A stretch of DNA of 62,189 nt, counting the filler, from Aduncisulcus paluster (taxonomy: Eukaryota), in the NCBI GenBank assembly GCA_024181965.1. It is 8 parts of 8 records of this genome, joined end to end, with 100 filler letters (N's around TTAATTAATTAA, not from the genome) between each part and the next. Parts side by side here need not be neighbours in the genome. Positions count along the whole stretch, not along the records: positions 1 to 15,318 come from BQXS01011076.1; 7 more parts are not named here. One strand, 5' to 3'. Made by a program: the position numbers and the translations under genes. The notes below the pieces were generated by a model that was given only the letters and a program-made list of their open reading frames with translations, had not been told where the DNA came from and did no database searches. This document shows, piece by piece, positions 1-10,800 of the stretch (the first letter of the stretch is position 1; each line of letters begins with the position of its first letter).

Positions 1-48
1 CATGGGATAGGAAGAGGAGTCGCTCAGTCTTTGAGAGAAAGGTTTTAA
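1..48 (+). CDS. 3' end of a gene truncated by the window edge; possible helix-hairpin-helix motif
   Basis: Frame 1 reads HGIGRGVAQSLRERF then TAA (46-48). GIGxxxA resembles an HhH motif, but only 15 residues are visible. Confidence 0.25.
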   Translation, partial: HGIGRGVAQSLRERF

Positions 49-243
49 GAGTTCGAATCATGTTTAAAATGCCTGGATACAAAAGATAATTATTTATTTC
101 TGCTTATACACAATCAGTCGGTAGTTATTGAGTTAAATTAACAACAGTTAATAGATTAATATTGACATTGATCAGTGATCACTAATTCAATTAGTCTAGG
201 TTAGACTCAGTGTGTAGATGAAAGGTTTATATTTATATTTTGG

Positions 244-2287
244 TCATTTCATTGAAGAATCTTCTTCTATTGTTGGATTTTGAAATGTAACGAACCTTTC
301 TTTGGCATTAATATATACCTTTCGCTTCTCTTTCTCACTGAACATACATACCCATCCAAGGGGCAAAGGACATGGCAAAAGCTTTTTATCGTCCTCTATT
401 TTCCGTTGTATGGCATCCTTTTCCCGCAATCTATTCTCGTTAAAGGCATCCAACCTAGTTTGCCGGAAATGAAGAAATAAAAGCCTGAGAACACCTATTT
501 TGTACTCATTATTTTGATCCGATAACGCTTGAGACGGGTATGTAATATCTTCTACTTTTTCTGCACTCGGATATCCTCTATCTTCGATTTCACGATCTTT
601 CAAATGAAATGGACTAACGGAGGAGGAAGAGGAGGAAGCAGAAAACAACAATTGAGAATGGCCAGTGAGTTCAGATGGATGTTTAGCGGTTTCATGTGAT
701 TTCTTCTTTTGTTTTTCATAATCTCTTCGCTCTCTTTCTTCTTTTTCCGCCATTCTCAGAGCATCTTTGGGAGTTGGGAGAGGAGGAATCGATGGAATGC
801 TGGAAATATATCTTTGTTTCTCAAGATTAAAAAGTCTAATATTAGCTGAGAGAAGAAGAAGAAGAAGAAGTGGAAGCAGATGGAGGCAGAGGAGCGGAAG
901 AAGAACTTTTCCCCTTCTTCCTCTTCTTTTCTTTCGGAATGGATAAAGCCAGATCGAATAGTATTCTTTGTTTCTTTCCGTTCCATTCTCTGCATAGGAA
1001 TGTGTATTCACGTTTAACAGCAGATAATATCGAAGAGAGAAGAGAGACAGATAAGGAAGAAAGAGATGTTGCAGATGATTGCCAAACCTGGGAAGAAACA
1101 CCTAGTTCCCTGCATTTCTTCATCATCTGCTTCCTTCCTGAGGCATATGACGGGAGAGAGAGTGGGAGAGGAACAAGAGAGATAAGTTTAGAGATTGAAT
1201 GATTGATTTTTGAGAAAGTAATATTTTGTGAAGGTTGAGAAAGTTGAGGATTCGAACGAATATGATGAGAAACATTTGTATTTTTATGACTATAACTTGG
1301 AGAATGAGGAAAAGAGAGAGAAGGAGAAGAAGAGGAGGAAGAAGAAGAGGGAGATGAAGAATTCTTCTTCTTCTTTTTGCGACTTAAATGGGATGAAACA
1401 GAAGGAATAGTTGTTAATGATGTTCTATTTTGGGAATGTTGAGAAGAAAGTAAAGGTGGAGAGTGATGATGAATAGACCGGTGTTTGTTTGAACCCGAAG
1501 ATGCCAAAGGAAGTCGAGAATCAACTTCCCAAACAACACTTCTTCTCTTTCCTTTCTCAGAAATCGATGTTTTGGGTGGTGGAACAGTCTCCATATCATC
1601 ATCAATGTCAAAAATAATGGTTTCTTCGAGACTTGAACCCAAGGAACCTGTTTGTGGAACACTGGGATTGTGAGATAGTGAAGGAGTATCAATGATATCA
1701 ATTCCATCAATAACAGAAACAACATCTTCTTTTTTCTTCTCTTTTTCTCCATTCTCTTTTCCACCATTCTCTTTTTCTTGCTCTTCATATGTAACTGGCT
1801 TTGTTTTATCATCAATATCATCAGGATAATAATGATCGTTAAGAAGAGAAGAAGATTTAATGCTATCTTCTTCCTTAACCTTATATATAATTGACTGATC
1901 AACTCTTTCTTTCTCTTCCTTTTTCTCTACTTCTTTTGTTTCTTCCTCTTTTTCTTCTTCTTCTTTTTCTTCTCTTTCATTTTTTTCCTCTTTCACTTTT
2001 AATTTGTTTTCTTTTCGATATTTTTCCATCTCAATTTCTTCTTCCTCTTCTTTTTCAATATAGTCTTTGATAATTGGACTAAATTCACAAGCTATTCGAT
2101 TATCTTCCAATGATAATGAAGGTGATACCATTGTTTGAGCTCTATATGTGTCTTGAATATGCGATTTACAGTATCTCCGAAGTGTTATGTTGGCATGAGC
2201 AAAACGTTCACATGAAGCAATAAGAGACAGCATGGTAGATCTAACACAAACAGACACTTCATGAAGATTGGAAAATGATGACGACAT
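244..2287 (-). CDS. Low-complexity Glu/Lys/Ser-rich protein with a C-terminal WW domain, split into two frames near 842-870
   Basis: ORF 842..2287 stops just after a (TCT)n tract. The overlapping frame 244..1101 continues SANIRLFNLEK... and ends in PLPLGWVCMFSEKEKRKVYINAKERFVTFQNP, a WW-domain pattern with the second Trp replaced by Phe. Confidence 0.6.
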
Positions 2288-2843
2288 TGAAGAAATAATT
2301 GGATTTGGAATGAGAGAAGAAGAGGAAATGGGCTAGAATTAAAGTGAGGAAACAAAATAAGAATAATAAGAATATAATCAAAATAAAATGAAATTAAATG
2401 GAATATAAACATCAGTTAAAACATACATTAGCACACACTGGACATTGTACGGTCGGTTTTTCATCAAGAAGTGAAGAAATGCATTTCACACAATCTATCA
2501 AATCAAAAAACATATAAAAACTCGAAAGAACGAATAGTTTCATACATTTAAATAACAATAATATTTCTACATACATGTATGACCACATATTGAATTAGTA
2601 AAAGGATTATTGACGATATCTCTGCATATTGGACATGTAATACTATTTTCAAACTTATTAATTGCACTATCAAACCTTCTAAAAACTGAATCAACTGTTG
2701 ATGAAGAATCTATTGTTGTATTTGTCATCAAAAACATGATTTTGATTTTATCTTTGTAAATATAAAAACCTAGACGGTATTAAGAACGAAAAAACCTAAT
2801 TCGAAAGCAAATAAAAATAATTAAAATCCATATTCATAACAAT

Positions 2844-3618
2844 TTATTCAATAACAATGGGGAAAGAGAAAACAGGTTTAGGGTGTGAAGAATACATTGG
2901 GATAGTGATTTTAAGGGCATCATTTGCACTATCATACGATGTACTGCCTGCTTTCTTCAACACTACTTTGGTTTTTGCCACGTCAGCACCAGGTGGTATC
3001 TTGACCCTCTTTTCCATGATTATCTCCTCATCCAATATTTTATCAATATAAAATGGAGCATCTGCAGGAACTACAAGGATTCTAATTGCTCCATCTTCAA
3101 ACCCTACTCTCAGAGTTTCAGCTTGGATCTTTTCAAGTTCAAGAATCATTTTGATATTCTTGAGATCTTGGCGGAAATGAAACGGGTAAGAAACTGGGAA
3201 ATCGTGATCAACAATTTGAGTATGGAAATATTTCGTAAATTCTTCAACGGATGGAAGTTTTGTCAACAATGAAATAGGAACAAAACTTGTGGCGTCATAC
3301 GAAAAACTCTTCTCATGAGGTTCCATATCGGGCGTATCATCTTCTTCATCGGCTGTTCTAAGCTTTATAGCACCATGATCTCGTATTTTTTCATACATTT
3401 CCTCTTCGGCTTCCATTTCTGTAATGGAGAAAGAACGGTGGTTCATAGAAGACGAAATACCTCTAATAATTCCGTGAGAAATACTCTCATGAAATGATAA
3501 TAACCAATTTGAAATCATAATACAATATATTGGCACCCACAATCTCAAAATAGAGAAAGAGAAAAATGTGAAGATGAAATGACAAGAAGACGGAAAATAG
3601 AAACGAAAATCGGGACAT
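2844..3618 (-). CDS. HSP20/alpha-crystallin-domain-like protein; 5' end uncertain, probably with a short upstream hydrophobic exon
   Basis: The C-terminal ~100 aa (FRQDLKNIKMILELEKIQAETLRVGFEDGAIRI...EKRVKIPPGADVAKTKVVL...DALKITIP) follow the alpha-crystallin strand pattern. The track ORF starts at TTG 3548. An ATG at 3618 in another frame encodes MSRFSFLFSVFLSFHLHIFLFLYFEI. Confidence 0.55.
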
Positions 3619-4148
3619 AAACAAATTTCTATTCAATATAAATTGCAGAAAAATCAATAATCTGAATCATTATAAGAGATTTAAGTTGAAGTAGGTTGGT
3701 ATCGCAGATCTAGTGAAATTAACACCATAAATGACCATCAAATGCAGTAAATTATGTTTAAATCATGTGTTAATAAAGTCTATCCTCTTCAAGCACATCC
3801 TATCTTTTTCAATTGTCACCAAAATAAACTTTTAATAATCCTAGTGTTAAGAATCAATACTTCTCCAAATAACAATGAATTATCGGATTTGTATCAAGAT
3901 AGACAGCAATGGCGTTTTATCATAATCATAATTACCGAATACTTCACCATAAGGACTTTTTATTCATATTAGTAAAAGAAGCTTCTTATTTGAATTGAAA
4001 TAGAATAAAAATGAATTAATTGCAAATATTAATCATAATTCGTACACCAAAATTAAATAAAAACTATAGAAATTGTTGAGAAGAGAATAATTCCAAAAAA
4101 AGGTTCAAATCATCAGAAGGATCCAATAAAAACCTATCATTTCGGAAT

Positions 4149-4732
4149 TATTTTTCACACAATATTCTCAAATAAAGAGATATAAAAGAAATAAAATGAT
4201 AAAAAAGGCGAGCATGAGCCAAATCCATTGAATTTTGGAATTGAAAAATATTTGTGATGTTCCTAAAGACTTTTGCAAACTAATATCAAAGATGGAGTAC
4301 GATTTAATCGATAATAAACACATAAAATCTATTTATATTTATATATGTTTAAATAAGCAAATAATTACCTGAAAAATATATATTGTATTATTAGCAATCA
4401 AATGAGAAGATCAAAAAAAAACCTATTATTAATCCAGGATTATTTTTCACACAATATTCTCAAATAAAGAGATATAAAAGAAATAAAATGATAAAAAAGG
4501 CGAGCATGAGCCAAATCCATTGAATTTTGGAATTGAAAAATATTTGTGATGTTCCTAAAGACTTTTGCAAACTAATATCAAAGATGGAGTACGATTTAAT
4601 CGATAATAAACACATAAAATCTATTTATATTTATATATGTTTAAATAAGCAAATAATTACCTGAAAAATATATATTGTATTATTAGCAATCAAATGAGAA
4701 GATCAAAAAAAAACCTATTATTAATCCAGGAT
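4149..4732. repeat. Apparently exact 292-bp tandem duplication in intergenic DNA, probably an assembly overlap
   Basis: 4149-4440 recurs at 4441-4732 with no differences seen. The size is similar to the gap-flanking duplications elsewhere in the window. Confidence 0.9.
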
Positions 4733-4743
4733 TTGATTAAGGG

Positions 4744-7013
4744 TTAATCCATTTCTTCCAATTCGCCAGAGGATGATTCCTTGTCTCCATGGACAAGTTT
4801 ATACTCCATATCTTTAACTTTTGAGTATAAACTCTTACTAATTCTTAGCATTTCAAACTTTCCTTCACTGAAACAAGTGAAGTCAGGAACCCATTTCCCT
4901 TCAGAATCAGTCAACATACGCACACCGAAGACAGACCAAGGTCCCTGATCACTTCTAAACGCATCCTCTCCACTCAGAACTACTGCAGAACCCTGCAAGA
5001 GAAGAGAGAAGTATTCACATGGTACTCCACGTTCATACAGTTTCACAGCAGTCTCAGGGATGAAAGGAGAGCTTATACTCGAGGGGAATGGGTGGACCTT
5101 CTTGTGGCCTAAAGACGTGGAAATATGCAGAGGCATAGATTTGGAGTCATCGGAAGCCTTGACAAGAGAGGACGAAGCAGAAGAGAGAAGAGAAGCATCT
5201 CCACTCTCTCCTCTCTTCTCCTCGGCCTTGGACCCAGCAATCTCGACATCTTTAACACCAATCTCGGCCTGTTCAGCAAGATCAAGTTCTTTGCCAATAT
5301 CAACACTCATTCTCAACTTCTCATGGTCTAAGACTTCACCGAGAACAATCAACCGTCTCAAACCGGCAGCCGTAAACACGGTAGGACCGAAGACGAGAGG
5401 ATATGTATCGGCAAGAAATACACTCACAGCTTCGACTTGAGCGGTGGACAAGAGAGTGTTGAGTTGTCCCTCACTGTATTTCTTACCGAATGCAAGGTGT
5501 TTGATACGGGAAACACGTGTGTTGTATGAATTATCTTGTGGAATCTTGTCAGTCTCATCATATATCTCAGATTGGAGCAGAGATTCAATAACATCTTCAA
5601 ACGTGACAACACCTTTGACATAGTACTCGGGATCTTTCTCAATGCTTGTCTTGGAGCCACGACGGGATCTTTTGCCTCCCTTCTCTTCATCTTCACCAAA
5701 GTCAGCGGCTTTAACACCACGAACAATGCAAAAGTTAAAGTTACTCTCCTTAAACTTGTCAAGGAGAGCCCCAAGCTTCTCATCGCCGAATATCTGAGGG
5801 GCGTCACGACCATACACAGGAAGAATGGTCTTCACAGGGGTATCATCCTCGGGGTCAAGGAGAATTAGATCCTTCACAACGAGAATGGCGAGCACATGTT
5901 GTTTATCTTCACGATACACAGGGACACGACTATGGCCACTCTCCAATATCTTGGACATTGTCTTGAAATCAAGTTTCTCATCAATGGAAAGCATGAAAAC
6001 TTTGTCGAGAGGTGTAACAATGGTATCTACAGTACGAGTACTGAAATCAATGGCACCTGCAAGGAGGGTGGACTCTTCATTCGTGAAATCTGAATGATTG
6101 GAGCCAGCATGGAAGGCGATAAGCTGTTTTAATTCATTTCTACTATAGATAGTACCAATTTCCTCACCAAGAAGACAATCAAGCATCTTAGCAATCGGGA
6201 AAGTGACAATAAATAGAACAATAAGGAAGAACCAAACAACATGTCTCACATAATATCCAACTTCAAGACCATAACGATTGCAGATAGCTTGGGGGATAAT
6301 TTCACCGAAAATAGTGATTAAAGCCGTGGCAATAAAAGTTCCTGCTCCATCGCCAAACAAGGCAGCGGATATAACGGCAATAATTGCGTTAACGAGCACA
6401 TTAGATAACAAAAGCGTACAGAGTAAAACATTTCCACGTTTCCTAAGAGGATATATTCCTTGGGCCAATTTTTTTTGGTGATCTGTTCCACTGTCAATTA
6501 GAACTTGAAGCCCTAAAACGTCTAAACCGAGGAGTCCAAGGTTAAGGCCAGAAAACAGTCCTGATAGAAGGAGAAGAATTACAAAAAGTAATATCTGAAC
6601 ATNNNNNNNNNNNNNNNNNNNNCAACTTCAAGACCATAACGATTGCAGATAGCTTGGGGGATAATTTCACCGAAAATAGTGATTAAAGCCGTGGCAATAA
6701 AAGTTCCTGCTCCATCGCCAAACAAGGCAGCGGATATAACGGCAATAATTGCGTTAACGAGCACATTAGATAACAAAAGCGTACAGAGTAAAACATTTCC
6801 ACGTTTCCTAAGAGGATATATTCCTTGGGCCAATTTTTTTTGGTGATCTGTTCCACTGTCAATTAGAACTTGAAGCCCTAAAACGTCTAAACCGAGGAGT
6901 CCAAGGTTAAGGCCAGAAAACAGTCCTGATAGAAGGAGAAGAATTACAAAAAGTAATATCTGAACATATAAGGGGTATTCACTTGCATCAAAGGCTTTGA
7001 CGGAAAATTCCAT
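4744..7013 (-). CDS. CNNM: CNNM/CorB-family (DUF21-CBS pair-CNBH) divalent metal (Mg2+) transporter, ~634 aa once the artefactual duplication is removed
   Basis: Transmembrane DUF21 motifs LSGLFSGLNLGLLGLD, LLCTLLLSNVLVN and IFGEIIPQAIC; CBS pair (SGHSRVPVY, LVVKDL, GVVTFEDVIESLLQSEIYDETD); cyclic-nucleotide-binding homology region (LYERGVPCEYFSLLLQG...VPDFT). 6258-6602 is duplicated at 6623-6967 across a 20-N gap. Confidence 0.95.
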
Positions 7014-7829
7014 CAGTATTGTCAGAAAATACCCGATTATCCAATCATCAGTTCGATCCGAAAATCGGATTTATTTTGAAAAAAAAACAATAAAACAAAT
7101 AAAATAAACGATTGAATATAATCCTTTTCTTTCTAATTTATTAAATGTCTTCCATAATAACGGAGAATACACTAGAAAAACAAGAATCCTAAAATCTTAA
7201 GTAATGAATCCCTCAGAGAACCAAATTGGCTTGTAAAAATAAATATATGTTCTTTTCCATCCGCATGGTCGATAGGACGGGGCAAGAAAATATCTTCAAC
7301 GGTGATTGTTACAAAAAAAGAAAAATACCTTCACATTTTTTATGTTTCTCAAGGCAATTTATTTTTATGTCTCCATGATCTTCCATAGTCTTGCCAAATA
7401 ACTATCTCCTCCAAAAATCAGGATAAATAACATATTCTTTAATTCGTTATTGTTGTAAATCTCATGGAATTTCATTAATTTAAAGGCGTCAAGCGGCTTG
7501 ACTCAAGCCATGAAACTTTCATAAATAAAAGGCAAAATTTGATCCAAAAATGGAATTTTTTTCTCTGAGCAGCAATTATACCACGGATCCAAGGTAACAG
7601 TGTTGAAAATTTATGTTCAAAATTGGGGACTCCCCAGGAGTCGGACTCCTAAAATAGGTGTAAAATCAATGTGAATTGTCTCGTTTTCCTTGGATCTATC
7701 TACCAAACAGTTTAAATTTATTTTTGGAGGTATGTTATGGCTTTTTGTACATCATTTTTTATTGATTTGTGATAATTGAAACATCCTAATAATCACGATC
7801 TTCATTTCCAAAAAAAAGTCTGTAATATT

Positions 7830-10800
7830 ATGTCATTTTCGTGTACTCATCAGAAATCAGGGAGATTTGATTATCCTCCCATCATGAGGTTTGGATTTCA
7901 AGCTGCTGAGATCGATATTCTCGCTTCAACTGGAAAGTTTCCTTTTGGTCAAAATAACTCTTCTCTACATAATTGTCTTGGAGGAACAGAGAAATCTTGC
8001 TGCTTTGAAAATGTTCAACTCCCCTTTAAAGAACCATATTTTATTGAGAATCTATATCTTTGTTTTAATGGAAGGTCAGATCAACCTATTACTCTCGAGT
8101 TGAGCTTTACCACTGAAACTGGGGCAAAAATCACAAAGAGTGGTTACATATCACGCAAAAACTCTGGGGATAATTGGTATCGTTTGGATAATTTTGCTCT
8201 CACCGAAAAGGTTATTGAATGTGAGATTATCGTCACTTCAATGGCAACAAATTGTCAAGTACATGGCATTATATTTGGCTTAACTACTGCAGATTCGGCA
8301 AGAAAGACATCAGAATGGGAGAGTAAGGTGATCAATGGTACCTTCGTTCAAGCCTCTCAATATAATAGCCCTCCACATGCGTATACTGCTTCATCTGTTT
8401 CACAACCAGATAGTATTTATAGAGGGTCTTTTTATGGAAGTTATAATCAGAGTAATGCTCAAGAAGCCCTAACAGGTGATGGAAGTGTTGATTTCTACCG
8501 AATGCAAATTCACTTTGTTTCTCCAAGATATATCCAGCACATGTATATTAATGTGTATGGTAATGACCAGATTAAAGATGTTGAAGCCATTTTCTACTCT
8601 TCTACTGGTGTTAGAACTTCGAAATGTCTGAGAGTCAACACAACCAATTCTGGTCAGTATCAGTGGCATTCTTTTCCTGTCGACGTAGAATCTGTGATTG
8701 CTTGTGAATTGATTACAAAAACATCATATAATGGGAATCCATATGCCAGTGTCCAAGGATTATACTTCCTTGCTGATGCTTCCAAAGATAGCACATGTTC
8801 TTCTCTTCTCTCAACACGTGTTGCAGAAGGTGGAATTAAATCCCTTCTTATAAGGGAGTCTGAATATATTGACCTTTCCCTTGCTCTTGAAAAATCATAT
8901 TCAAAGTTCTCTTCCGTTCAAGGAGTGTATGCTCCAGGTCAAGATTTGGGTGATATTTCCAAAATGCTTCCATTCTTACAGAGTGGATTATGTTTTCATT
9001 CCCTCGAATTTGAATTTCATTCTCCCTTTTCTCTCTCGAGTATCCATATTTGTTGTAAAATCACTAATTATCAACCAAAATACCTTGATATCATCTTTAC
9101 TCTCGATGATGGCTCTTCTCGTATCCATAAATATGAGGTTGTTCCAAAGAGGAATTACAAGTATGAGTGGCACTCTCTTCCTGTTGAGATTGATCAAGTG
9201 GTTAAATGTGTAATTTCCCCTTGTCAATCTCATTGGAGTCTATTATATGGATTACAATTTGAAGATGGTGGACCATTGAAATCTGAATTACCATTTTACA
9301 GGACACTTTCTTTGTATAAGAACTGGAAACATCAATATTTTAATCCAGATGAACTCTGTGAGTTTGAAATTGGAGATATAGAAGTTTTTCCTGCTGAAAA
9401 AGAGGATTTAACCCTTGATATGCTTCAGGGAAAAGGTATTGCTGAATTTAAGAGTCTAACAATTCCCTTTTCAACTCCTTGTGATATTGTTGAGGTTTTT
9501 ATTCGCATTGACCGTGTAAAAAGAATTGGGTTTAAATTCTTCACTTCTGACAATGAATTTGAGATGATCTGTCAGAATAGAAATGAAATTAGAGGATATT
9601 ATTGGTTTTCTATTGAAGTAGGGATTGAGAAGGTTTTGTCTTGTGAGATATCTTGTTTGGATGAAGATGGCACTCTTTTATATCCTGCTGGAATTTGTTT
9701 TCTCAAGCATAGTGACTTAATTCATGGTATACGTCACTCAAAATCCGGGTTTTCTCCTTCTGATTTCCAAATACAAAAACATTTAGATTTTATTAAGGAT
9801 ATGAATACTCTTCCTTGTGAAATCACCAAAATACGAGGTAAATATTTGGGTTTTCAACCAAAATCTCGAATTCAAAAAGTTTTGAATGATAGTGGAAGGG
9901 TTCAATTCCAGAGCATTCTTCTTCCTTTCGTCTTTCCTCACACTGTCAATGGTGTGTATCTTTGTGTCCATGGAAATAATTCTCCAAGAGTATTAGTACT
10001 TAAATTATGGTCTTCTTCATCAGAGGAACCTGAGATAAGATATCTCAAATTTTCTCTCCCTGAAGAAAAAATGATAGAATGGCACTATTTCCCCATGTTT
10101 TTTAAAGATCTATCAAGATGTGAAATCTGCCATGAATCTTCTTGGGATGGAAGAGACTTCTCAACCCTGTTTGGAATCAAGTTCATTATGGACAAATATG
10201 CTGCTTCAATCCTCCAAGAATCCAAGACTCTATCCTTATTACAAGCCCTTTCTGAACAAGTTGATATGCGAATCAAAACAATGAAAAAGAAGTTTGATGA
10301 TGAAATTGCTATCAAATTGAAGGAACACCAAGATATTATTGACCAACAACAACAGTATATCAGTGAAATGGACTCTAAACATTCAAGATATCGAGATGAA
10401 CTTCTCCATGAAATCCATTGCGTTTCTGCACGTCAATCTGGTAAAGGGGTTAAAATTGACGTGTCTGTGAATAATGAATACAAGCAAACGAAGCAAAACC
10501 GTGATCGTATTTTTTCAGGATTATCCGAATTCATTGATATTGAAAAGATTCAAAATGGCATTTCATTGTTGTCTTCCTTCCCTCGTTCTCTTTGGCTTGA
10601 GCCATCCAAACAATTCTTTCTTTTTAACGTGTTGAGTTTCTTCTGTAATGTTCTTGACTTGCCGACAGAACTGGAGCAAACATTCTCATTGGAAGAATCA
10701 TCATATCCAGGAATCGCCTCCATTCATCACCGTATCCGTGCCATCACATGCGGTCTTTCCTCTAGTCCCAAACAGATCTGTGCCGATTGTTCCAAGGATC

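Noticed and set aside
46-62. GAGTTCGAATC B-box/tRNA-like motif
   Set aside because: It has no flanking T-stem or acceptor pairing, so it is probably a chance match at a gene end.
6258-6967. Apparent second CNNM gene or N-terminal domain duplication
   Set aside because: It is a 345-bp repeat flanking a 20-N gap. The same artefact occurs at 12329-12922, 31111-31622, 35851-36508 and 57722-58693.
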